Shown here one piece after another: positions 18,833 to 26,992 of a stretch of DNA of 64,000 nucleotides. The translations under genes were made by a program, and so were the position numbers. Numbering within the stretch: the first letter of the stretch is position 1; every line of letters starts with the position of its first letter. The notes under the pieces are model-generated. The model worked only from the letters and a program-made list of their open reading frames with translations. It was not told the origin of the DNA and searched no databases. The DNA comes from an uncultured Thermoprotei archaeon (GTDB taxonomy: Archaea > Thermoproteota > Thermoprotei > Thermofilales > B15-G2), in the NCBI GenBank assembly GCA_965367815.1, contig CBDUKN010000007.1:22076-86075 (forward strand), given 5' to 3'.

Positions 18833-20143
18833 ATGGTTATAGATTTATACTTGAGGGTTAAACATTATTCTGTGTCCGAAAAACCAGCAATATTGGGTGG
18901 AAAGCCCGTAAGAGAAAAAGGCCTTGTAGACTGGCCTATAATAACTGAAGAAGAATATGAGGCTGTTAAAAGAGTTTTGAAGAGGAAAAAGCTTTTCGCA
19001 AGCATGTATGAGGGCTATGAAGTACCTGCTTTTGAAGAAGAGTTCGCTAAAGTAATGGACGTGAAATACGCTATCGCTTGTAGCTCCGGCACAGCCGCAC
19101 TCGATATTGCTATAAAGGCCTTAGATATAGGACCTGGAGATGAAGTAATAACTACTCCCTACACGTTTATCGCTTCCGCTACCTGTGTTTTACACAACTG
19201 CGCTATACCTATTTTCGCTGACGTAGATCTCAAAACAAGAAACATCGATCCATGTGAAATAGAGAAGAAGGTCACTGATAGAACTAAGGCAATTATAGTA
19301 GTGCACTTAGCAGGTCATCCATGTGAAATGGATGAAATTATGCGTATTGCCGAAGAGCATGGACTTTATGTTATTGAAGACTGTGCACAAGCCCATTTAG
19401 CGGAGTATAAAGGAAAGAAAGTAGGCGGAATAGGACACATAGGTATTTTTAGTTTCCAGCAGTCGAAAAACATGACTGCTGGCGAAGGAGGAATGATCAC
19501 TACAAATGACCCAGAGCTTGCCGAGAAGTGCAGGTCTCTTAGAGAGCACGGTAGACGTAGAGATAAGCCTTGGTACTATCACGCAGAGCTAGGCTGGAAC
19601 TACCGTATGACTGAAATGCAGGCAGCGATTTTAAGAGTACAGCTCAAGAGGCTACCTAAAATAACTGAAGAGCGTAGAAGAAATGCTGAGTATTTGTCAA
19701 AGTTAATAAAAGAAGAGCTTGAGGGAGTAGTAGAGCCTCCTTATGTTGCTCCATATGTTAAACACGCGTGGCATCTCTATCCAATATACTATCATCTCAA
19801 AAAAGTAGGTTTGTCTAAGGCAGAATTCTGTAAGGCAGTACAGGCAGAGAACGTCGAGTTATATGAAGGATACGCTTGGCCAGTGTACGAGAACCCTATA
19901 TTCAGAGAACACAGAGCAAGACCTAGAGGATGCCCGTACACTTGTCCATTCTATGGTAAGAAGGTAGAATATCCTAAAGGACTGTGCCCGAATGCAGAGA
20001 AACTATGTTATGAAACAGGCTTGTGGCTACCTGGCTCAGCGCTAAATAATCCACAGGAAGAAATGGATACAGTAGTTAAGGCAATTAAAAAAGTAGTTAG
20101 GCATGCCTCCAAGATAAAAGACTATTTCTCTAAGAAGAAGTAG
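18833..20143 (+). CDS. DegT/DnrJ/EryC1/StrS-family PLP aminotransferase or dehydratase (intact copy)
   Basis: It has 'CSSGTAALDIA', 'GDEVITTPYTFIAS', a PLP-lysine region 'FSFQQSKNMTAGEGG', and 'NYRMTEMQAAI'. Confidence 0.9.
   Translation: MVIDLYLRVKHYSVSEKPAILGGKPVREKGLVDWPIITEEEYEAVKRVLKRKKLFASMYEGYEVPAFEEEFAKVMDVKYAIACSSGTAALDIAIKALDIGPGDEVITTPYTFIASATCVLHNCAIPIFADVDLKTRNIDPCEIEKKVTDRTKAIIVVHLAGHPCEMDEIMRIAEEHGLYVIEDCAQAHLAEYKGKKVGGIGHIGIFSFQQSKNMTAGEGGMITTNDPELAEKCRSLREHGRRRDKPWYYHAELGWNYRMTEMQAAILRVQLKRLPKITEERRRNAEYLSKLIKEELEGVVEPPYVAPYVKHAWHLYPIYYHLKKVGLSKAEFCKAVQAENVELYEGYAWPVYENPIFREHRARPRGCPYTCPFYGKKVEYPKGLCPNAEKLCYETGLWLPGSALNNPQEEMDTVVKAIKKVVRHASKIKDYFSKKK
19260..19360 (+). repeat. 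101-nt tract identical to 26138..26238
   Basis: Direct reading shows both copies read tagagaagaaggtcactgataga...cgtattgccgaagagcat. The flanks are much more divergent. Confidence 0.9.
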
Positions 20144-20157
20144 AATTAGCACTGGTA

Positions 20158-20508
20158 TTATTTTCTATAAAATCTTATTTTTATGTCTCTTCTAGTTCTC
20201 CTATAAAGTTCAGCCAGTATCATTTTAAGCTCACTATCAGTTACAGGTATTTTAAGGCGGCCGGCTTGAGCTAACTGAATTAACTGAAGTTCGAGACTTT
20301 CTGCGAGCTCGGGCTTAACGAGCTTCAAGTTAATTAATCTTTGTCTAGCCTCGGGAGTCAATATAGCTCTGAGCATAGCTTCTTTTCGTGCTTCAAACTC
20401 TCTTCTAGCTCTCTCTTGCTCCTCTAGCTCCCTTAATCTGCGCTGATACTCCTGAAGCTTCCTAAGCTTAATAGCTTCTAGCTCTTCATCATACTCTTCG
20501 GACATCAA
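20158..20508 (-). CDS. PDCD5/TFAR19-like dsDNA-binding protein
   Basis: It has the '[34 protein letters not shown]' core of the family and is 116 aa long. Confidence 0.8.
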   Translation of the reverse strand: MMSEEYDEELEAIKLRKLQEYQRRLRELEEQERARREFEARKEAMLRAILTPEARQRLINLKLVKPELAESLELQLIQLAQAGRLKIPVTDSELKMILAELYRRTRRDIKIRFYRK

Positions 20509-20570
20509 TAGTACTAAGCGGTAGTCTACTAAAATAGTTTTCTATATCTTGTATGCAAATAAGGTCTAGA

Positions 20571-21992
20571 TTAAATAATTTTCATCAATATTCTTCTAAG
20601 CTTTAATTCGAGCTCTTTCGCTACTTCTTTTTCTTCACTAAATATGTTTTCTTTCTCGGGCTGATCTCCTATACTCCAGTCTTTAGGCGGAGGCGGAAGA
20701 TAGTTCCTATCAAGACTATATAACTCCGGCTCCACCTTCTCTTGTTCTTTTATGTATCTTGTGCCGAAAGTATAGGGTGTCATTTGCTGAGGCCAAAGAT
20801 ATAGACTATAGTCTTCTGTCCTAATGCTCCACGACCGCCCATAGTGTCCTGCTATTGCACAGTCTCTAACATGTTCTTCTTCTCCTAGCAGGACTGGCAG
20901 TAGACTTTTGCCTTCATATGAAGGCTTTACAGTCCATCTGCTTCTTTCTTCAGGTAGCTTAAGTAGGTCCACTATTGTGGGAGCCAAGTCGACTGTCTGA
21001 ACGAATGTTTTTACTCTTTTCGGCTTTGCTCCTAGTTCTTCAGGAGGCTTAATCATAAAGACTATTCGCGAAAGCTCTTCGTAGGGCCAGGGCCTCACTT
21101 TTCTTATTATACCATGTTCTCCTAGAGGCTCTCCGTGGTCGCTAATAAGTATTATCAACGAGTTCTCCCATAGTCCTAGCTCCTTTACTTTCTCGAAGAA
21201 AATGCCTACCCACTTATCTACTAGCGTGATTTCGCCCGCATACTGTGCTCTAATGTGCTGTATTTCAGGTAAAGTGAAGTGCTTAATGAATCCGCCGTCT
21301 TTTCCTCCTATTGATGGATGAATAATAGGTAGGCCGCTGTAGTCAGGAGCATATAGTTCATAGTATTCTTGTGGCGGGTCCCATGGCTCGTGGGGATCGA
21401 ATGAGTCTAGCCACAAAAAGATTCTGTCTTTGCGTCCTCTAGCTACTTGTTCTTCAAGCCACTTAATGGCTTCTTTAACTACTTGAGCTACAAAGTGGTC
21501 TTCTTCGCTTTTCCAGTGAGCAGTGTTCTTGAGGTATTGAGTTAAGACATTTCTATCGTGGTCCGTGAGATAGTTCTTAGGACTCCATTTACTTAAATCA
21601 ACTTTTATATTTGGGTCGACTATATAGGGGTCTGCTTCCTGGCCTCTAATCCACTTTACGTAGTCAAATCCTCTCTCGTAGGCCATAGTAGGCTTATGCA
21701 TGTGGTATGTGTCACTTATAAGTGCCGTAACATAGCCGCTATCCCACAGGACTTCAGCTAAAGGAACGTCTTCTGGCTCAAGCCTCTGCCAGCCTTTTCT
21801 CATTAAAGTATATCTGCCTGTAAAAAGCGCTGTGCGTACAGGAAGTGTAGGCATTCCTTCAGCGTAGGCTCTATCAAAAACAATACTTTCCTTTGCAAAA
21901 GCATCTATATTAGGTGTCTTAATCCATGAGTTACCATAGCAACCTAAATGATCTGGCCGCAGGCTATCAAGCATCACAATAATTACGTTCAT
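20571..21992 (-). CDS. Sulfatase-family (alkaline-phosphatase superfamily) hydrolase with Thr at the nucleophile position
   Basis: It has 'NVIIVMLDSLRPDHLGCYG' and 'TPNIDAFA'. 'MPTLPVRTALFTGRY' aligns to the C/S-x-P-x-R sulfatase motif but reads T-L-P-V-R. Confidence 0.8.
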   Translation of the reverse strand: MNVIIVMLDSLRPDHLGCYGNSWIKTPNIDAFAKESIVFDRAYAEGMPTLPVRTALFTGRYTLMRKGWQRLEPEDVPLAEVLWDSGYVTALISDTYHMHKPTMAYERGFDYVKWIRGQEADPYIVDPNIKVDLSKWSPKNYLTDHDRNVLTQYLKNTAHWKSEEDHFVAQVVKEAIKWLEEQVARGRKDRIFLWLDSFDPHEPWDPPQEYYELYAPDYSGLPIIHPSIGGKDGGFIKHFTLPEIQHIRAQYAGEITLVDKWVGIFFEKVKELGLWENSLIILISDHGEPLGEHGIIRKVRPWPYEELSRIVFMIKPPEELGAKPKRVKTFVQTVDLAPTIVDLLKLPEERSRWTVKPSYEGKSLLPVLLGEEEHVRDCAIAGHYGRSWSIRTEDYSLYLWPQQMTPYTFGTRYIKEQEKVEPELYSLDRNYLPPPPKDWSIGDQPEKENIFSEEKEVAKELELKLRRILMKII

Positions 21993-22073
21993 ACAAGTGA
22001 ATACTCAGGTTTTGTAATAAAACACTTTGCTGTCAATAAACATAAAAGCAAGTTAAACGTAAATAATCCTGCT

Positions 22074-22493
22074 GTGAGTAAAGTAAGCAAAGAATACATT
22101 AAAAGTGTTTTAAAGGAAATACAGGATGCTTTAGATGAACTAAAGACTATAACTAAATTTAGTGAATCTGATTTTATGTCTAGTAGAACACTTAGATTTT
22201 CAGCTAGATTCTCAATAATACAGATAGTAGAAGCTGCATCTGACCTAGGAATAGCAATACTCGAAAAAGACTTTTCGGAGACAGCTGAAAGCTATAGGGA
22301 AGTTTTTTCAAAACTAGCTTTGAAAGGAGTAATTAAATCTGAAACAGCCGAAGAGATGGAAAAAATAGCATCTCTAAGAAACATGATTATTCATAGATAC
22401 TGGAGAATTGATGATAGGAAAATATATAGAGATGCTATTTCGGGAAACTTTCGAGAGCGGTTATGTTTATTGTTTCTTGTTCCACCAATATAG
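22074..22493 (+). CDS. HEPN-domain protein (DUF86/HepT-like toxin), probably 3'-altered
   Basis: It has the Rx4H motif 'LRNMIIHRY'. The start is moved to in-frame GTG 22074 because the listed ORF start overlaps the divergent sulfatase gene. The last ~14 aa (RERLCLLFLVPPI) look atypical. Confidence 0.7.
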   Translation: MSKVSKEYIKSVLKEIQDALDELKTITKFSESDFMSSRTLRFSARFSIIQIVEAASDLGIAILEKDFSETAESYREVFSKLALKGVIKSETAEEMEKIASLRNMIIHRYWRIDDRKIYRDAISGNFRERLCLLFLVPPI

Positions 22494-22724
22494 GAGTCGA
22501 TACGGCACACCTATTAAGCTCTCCTCTACAACAATGATTACCGTATTTCCCGCCTTACTAATCCACGAGCCAAGCACCTTACCCTCTACCTTAAACTCCT
22601 TCGGCAACCTATACTCAAGCCACTCATCACTCCCTAAACAAGAACTCAAAGCCCATAAATCATGAATATAAATACTTAAATTAACATCAAGGTAAAATAC
22701 TTGGAGAGAGGTGGGGGGAGGGTT

Positions 22725-22780
22725 CTATTGCTTCTGAGACTAGTATTCCCCCGGCAGGGGGTTTGGTTTAGAAGCAATAG
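22725..22780. repeat. Nested GC-rich hairpin
   Basis: The outer stem is an 11-bp perfect pairing, ctattgcttct (22725-35) with agaagcaatag (22770-80). It encloses the hairpin CCCCC-ggca-GGGGG (22748-61). Confidence 0.6.
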
Positions 22781-23026
22781 GGCATTGGGCAATGAGTTCC
22801 GTGTCAGTCACTTACTTCTATTCATTCACTAATATACGAGTGAGGAAATAACTATTGCTTAAGCTTTGTCAAGGAAACTAATATACTGTATGGCTATTTA
22901 TGCAAACAGCTTATATATCTCTGAAACAACTATTACTTTAGATGACCCACTCTACCTCTAGGGTAGAGTAGCGATGAGGCGAGAGCCCTATGGCTCAGTG
23001 AGCCCCACCCCAGGCCCACAGCTACT

Positions 23027-23048
23027 AGAGCTACGTGGGGTGTCTCCC
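23027..23048. repeat. Left arm of the inverted repeat bracketing tnpB
   Basis: AGAGCTAcGTGgGGTGTCTCCC; the reverse complement of 24523-24543 reads AGAGCTA-GTGaGGTGTCTCCC. Confidence 0.85.
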
Positions 23049-23108
23049 CGGGATAGGGAAGGCAGGTGCCCCCCGCTACCATTCTTTACGGAGCGGTGGG
23101 GGTGTCTT

Positions 23109-24505
23109 GTGGGGCGAGAGGTAGAGGTTTTAAGAAGTAATATTTTGAGGATAATAGAGGATGAGAGTTTTTTAGAAGAGCTTAGGAAAGAATTTAAGAA
23201 ATACTTTGATACTGCAAATAAATTCATAGAACAGTATTATCGGGAAAACTGTAGGCTTCCTAGTGTTTTAGAAGTCTATAGAGTTCTTCGTAGAAATAGT
23301 GCTTTCAGTGTTATTTCCAGTGAAGTAGCTAGGAAGGTCCTAGAGGCTTGGAAATCTTATATTGAGCTTAAAAAGCGTGGCTATAAGGTTGAGAAGCCGG
23401 AATTTAGGAGGCCTTCAATTATTCTTCATAATCAGCAATACAGGATTTATGCTAAGAGGGAAAGTGATGGATGGTCAGTTGAGAAAATCGAGGTGAGGCT
23501 TAACAGGAAATGGATTTCAATTAAAGCTAGAGGGAAGCTTAGACGGATTCCAGTATTGGAGAGTGGTCTAGTATTTTACATTAATATTGATAGAAAACTA
23601 GTATATTTGAGACGCTACTTAACAGACAAATACTTGATTCTAGGAGAATACTGCACTAATAAAAATAAGGCGAGATTTTTCAGAGAAATAATAAGTGGTA
23701 TTTTGTTTTTAGTGTTTCTTTAAAGATTCCAGTGCTTAAGGGGGATGGTGTAGCGGGTGTAGATATTGGTGTAAGGAATCTTATAGCGCTTGTCGGAATT
23801 GACGGTGAAGGTGAGGCTTTTTCACTGTTGTTTAAGAGTGGTACCTTAAGGGCTTACTGGCTTAAAAACGAGAAGCTTGCTAGACGGAGACAGAAAATCG
23901 CTTACAAGTATTTCTGGGGAGCAGCAAAGTGTGCTGAAGAAGGTAATAGAGAAGAAGAGAAAGAGTTTTTCAGTAAATATGAATTGTATTTGAGGAAAGC
24001 AGGAAGGTTTAAGAAGAAGGCTAGGGAGGTTCGTAGGAAAGCGGTTAATCAGATGTGTCGATTGATTGCAGAGTTTCTTGTAGAGAAAGGTGTTTCAAGG
24101 GTGTTTGTTGGTAATTCGGTATGCTACTGTGTTAGTAGTGAAGAAGAAGTTAAGAAAGTTTCTAAGTCTACTAGAGAATTACTGCGCAACTTTTTTGCTT
24201 CCCGTCAAATCATTAATGCTCTTAAGCGGCACTGTGAGGTCAGGGGTATTAGAGTAATTGAGGTGAGTGAAGAGAATACTAGTAGTGTTTGTCCTGTGTG
24301 TGTTCAGAGGGTTGAGCGTCCTTATAGAGGGCTAGTAGTGTGTGAGAAATGTGGACAATTTAACGCGGATTTAAGTGCAGCATATAACATAATGAAGTTT
24401 AATAGTAGTGTCGAGTTAAGTGGTAAAGAGTTAAAAAGACTTCTCAATAATCCTAAAACATTCCTCTACCTTACTAAGGAACAGAAATGGATATCTAAAA
24501 ATTAA
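23109..24505 (+). pseudogene. tnpB: tnpB (RNA-guided nuclease family), frameshifted
   Basis: The N-terminal part is in the frame of ORF 22974..23723. The C-terminal part is in the frame of ORF 23732..24505 and is open from 23669 (..NNKWYFVFSVSLKIPVLKGDGVAGVDIGVRN..). RuvC-I is 'GVDIG', the zinc finger is 'CPVC..(15)..CEKCG', and RuvC-III is 'NADLSAAYNI'. The true start is uncertain (GTG 23109 or TTG 23145). Confidence 0.75.
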
Positions 24506-24640
24506 ATCTTTTTTACCCGATAGGGAGACACCTCACTAGCTCTCTCCGAAGAGGAGGGGTAACCCGCCTGACCCCCAGGCAGGCAATGAAGGGGCAAAAG
24601 CCCCCAAGCCGAAAGAGGGGTCTGGAGGCATATGTGCAAT
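24506..24640 (+). ncRNA. Candidate omega-RNA/right-end scaffold of the TnpB element
   Basis: A GC-rich block lies immediately 3' of the tnpB stop, with hairpins GCCTG-acccc-CAGGC (24566-80) and GGGGC-aaaa-GCCCC (24591-604). TnpB guide RNAs are known to derive from this position. Confidence 0.35.
24523..24543. repeat. Right arm of the inverted repeat bracketing tnpB
   Basis: gggagacacctcactagctct is complementary to 23027-23048, with one mismatch and one 1-nt indel. Confidence 0.85.
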
Positions 24641-24761
24641 AGAAAGATTTATGGAAGAGGTAAGAGAATATGTGTCTAAGGACTGTTGAGGAAAAGAAAA
24701 AGTTTACATTCTACAATATTAGCTTTAATTCTCGGAAAAAATTCTAGATAAAATAGCTCTT

Positions 24762-25132
24762 ATGTTAGAGAAAGAAAAAGAAATAATTTTTGCAGTAATT
24801 TATGGCGGATTTATTGATTCAAAAATTTTTAGAGATATTGATATAGCAGTTTTCACAGGATATAAAGTGCCGTATGAAGAAATGTGGTCTTATACGGGGT
24901 CTCTGGCTAAAAGACTCGAGGAGGTGGCAAGTATTCCAGTCGATATTAAGATGCTTGATTACGCTCCTCCTTCTTTTAGAGTAGAAATCTTAAAAAAGGT
25001 AAAGTTATAGTCGACAAAGAGCCTTATATAAGAATCATATTGAAGTGGGCATCATTATGTGAATTAAATGATATTTCAATAAAATGTAATAAAATTAAAA
25101 GTATTTTAGGCGAAGAGGTATTAAGCCCTTAA
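24762..25132 (+). pseudogene. MNT-type minimal nucleotidyltransferase (antitoxin-like), frameshifted in an A6 run
   Basis: It has the 'YGGFIDSKIFRDIDIAV' (G[GS]..DxD) NTase motif. The ORF stops at 25010, but another frame entered at the A6 run (24992-97) continues 'GKVIVDKEPYIRIILKW...' to the stop at 25130-32, which restores a normal length. Confidence 0.6.
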
Positions 25133-25169
25133 GCTAAGTTTTATTTCTAAAAAACGGGAATAAATCTAT

Positions 25170-25694
25170 ATGTCGAGGGTATTTGAAGTTATTAAAGCTA
25201 GAAGAAGCATTAGGAGATACGAGCCTAAGCCTATTCCGCGAGAAGACCTAGAGAAAATATTTGAGGCTGCGAGACTAGCTCCTTCAGCGAAAAATCTTCA
25301 GCCCTGGAGATTTGTCGTAATAACTGACCCTGAAAAGAAAAAGGAGCTAGCTAAAGCCTGCTGGAACCAGATGTTTATAGCTGATGCAGCTGTAATCGTT
25401 GTAGCGCTCTCAGATCCTAATTTGTCTCCAAGGTGGCATGATAAAGACACTATGATAGCTATAGAGCACATGGTGCTTGTTGCAGCTGATTTAGGGTACG
25501 GTACATGCTGGATAGGAGCTTTTGACGAAAACGAAGTAAAGAAGATAGTTAAGGCTCCTAAGAACCTGAAGGTAGTAGCTGTACTGCCTATCGGTTATCC
25601 AGCGGAATCTCCTCCACAGAGACCTAGGAAGAAGCTTGAGGAAATCTTCTTCTACGAGGAGTACGGAAAGCCGCTAGATTTAAGTAAAATATAG
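25170..25694 (+). CDS. Nitroreductase-family FMN oxidoreductase
   Basis: It has 'RRSIRRY..KPI' and 'AARLAPSAKNLQPWRFVVI', with typical length. Confidence 0.85.
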   Translation: MSRVFEVIKARRSIRRYEPKPIPREDLEKIFEAARLAPSAKNLQPWRFVVITDPEKKKELAKACWNQMFIADAAVIVVALSDPNLSPRWHDKDTMIAIEHMVLVAADLGYGTCWIGAFDENEVKKIVKAPKNLKVVAVLPIGYPAESPPQRPRKKLEEIFFYEEYGKPLDLSKI

Positions 25695-25750
25695 CTTGCT
25701 ACGACTTAGTTCACGTAGAAAAAGTAATTATTTAAAAAATACTGTATTTT

Positions 25751-26820
25751 GTGGCTAAGCTAGCTCTTTTAGGAGGAGAGCCTGTTAGAGACCTGAAGAA
25801 GAATCTATATCCTTTTTACCCTAGAATTGGTGAAGAAGAAATAGAGGCTGTAGTTGAGGTCATGAAGAGCGGCACTTAAGTTCTCTTAGAGGAGAATATA
25901 CGCGTAGATTCGAAGAAGAGTTTGCTAAATATATTGGCGTAAACTACGCAATTGCCTGTAGCTCAGGGTCAGCTGCTCTGCACCTAGCTCTGGCTGCTGT
26001 AGGAGTAGGACTTGGAGACGAAGTAATAGTTCCTGCATACACTTTCACATCGACTGCTGCAGCAGTATTAATGCAGTGTGCTATACCTATTTTCGCCGAC
26101 GTCAGCCCCGAGACATATACAATAGATGTCGAAGACTTAGAGAAGAAGGTCACTGATAGAACTAAGGCAATTATAGTAGTGCACTTAGCAGGTCATCCAT
26201 GTGAAATGGATGAAATTATGCGTATTGCCGAAGAGCATTCCGAGTTTCTTAAAAAGAAGCCTATTAGTGAAGCATTCAATATGCTTGGACGGAACTACCG
26301 CATGACAGAGCAGCAGGCAGCTATAGGCTTAGTTCAGCTGAAAAAGCTAGATAGAATGAATGAAGCTAGAAGAAAAAAGCCGAAGCGCTGATTAAAGTCT
26401 TTGAAAAACATGATTGCTTGGATGCTCTAAAAGTAAAGCCTTATGTTAAGCATGCATGGCACTTGTTCTTCGGAAAATATTTTGAGGAAAAAACAGGTAT
26501 ATCAAGAGAACTTTTCATCAAGGCGCTAGCAGGCAGAAGGAGTACCCGCCTACATCGGCTACAAAGAACCGCTATATGCAAGTTCTCTCTATAAGTATAA
26601 ACTTGCTCGTAAAAGAGGATGTCCATTTACTTGCCCATTCTACGGCAAAGAAATAGATTATCCAAGCGGACTCTGTCCTACTGCCGAAGAACTATGTTAC
26701 AAGAGAGCACTTTGGCTTCCGTGCCACTCTGAGCTTAAGAAAGAAGATATTAAAGATATTATAGAAGGCATTGAAAAGGTAGTAAATAATATAAATGAAT
26801 TAAAACAATTTAATACCTAG
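25751..26820 (+). pseudogene. DegT/DnrJ/EryC1-family paralogue with frameshifts and an internal deletion
   Basis: Family motifs are readable in several frames (..ALLGGEPV.., ..YAIACSSGSAALHLAL.., ..GDEVIVPAYTFTST.., ..NYRMTEQQAAIG.., ..YVKHAWHLF.., ..CPFTCPFYGKEIDYPSGLCP..). There are in-frame stops, and the PLP-lysine segment is missing. Confidence 0.8.
26138..26238 (+). repeat. 101-nt tract identical to 19260..19360
   Basis: See 19260..19360. The identity ends abruptly on both sides. Confidence 0.9.
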
Positions 26821-26992
26821 CCACAAAGACCCCTAATCATATTCTTATCAAAAAAGCTTTTCGCAGATTACATTGTAGTGTAAACAGAGTGGTTGATTAA
26901 GCACGTAAGATTTATATGTATAAAAGATTCTCTCCTCTAAGGGACCCAGTATTTCCGAAGAAGAAACAATTACGCGGAAAGAAAGTATTATT

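Larger units (their letters stand above)
22940..24640 (+). mobile_element. TnpB-only insertion sequence (IS200/IS605-family, IS1341-like); boundaries approximate
   Basis: It holds a TnpB/OrfB-type ORF with RuvC motifs and a zinc finger but no tnpA. GC-rich hairpin-dense segments sit at both ends, and an 8-bp hairpin at 22949-22969 resembles an IS605-type subterminal hairpin. Confidence 0.65.

Noticed and set aside
21948-22073. The N-terminal extension of the HEPN ORF, which overlaps the 5' end of the divergent sulfatase gene.
   Set aside because: It would overlap the sulfatase start region and adds non-family sequence. In-frame GTG 22074 gives a normal-length DUF86 protein.
22467-22649. A minus-strand 60-aa ORF ('..YRLPKEFKVEGKVLGSW..') that might be an AbrB/SpoVT-like antitoxin.
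   Set aside because: It has only a TTG start, overlaps the HEPN 3' end, and the match to the AbrB 'R-x-x-IPKE' pattern is too short to support a call.
22974-23108. The N-terminal ~45 aa of listed ORF 22974..23723 (MRREPYGSVSPTPGPQLLELRGVSPRDREGRCPPLPFF...).
   Set aside because: This stretch is a GC-rich, hairpin-dense block unlike the surrounding coding sequence, and it gives a Pro/Gly/Arg-rich peptide with no TnpB similarity. It is more likely IS-end or RNA structure that happens to lack stops.
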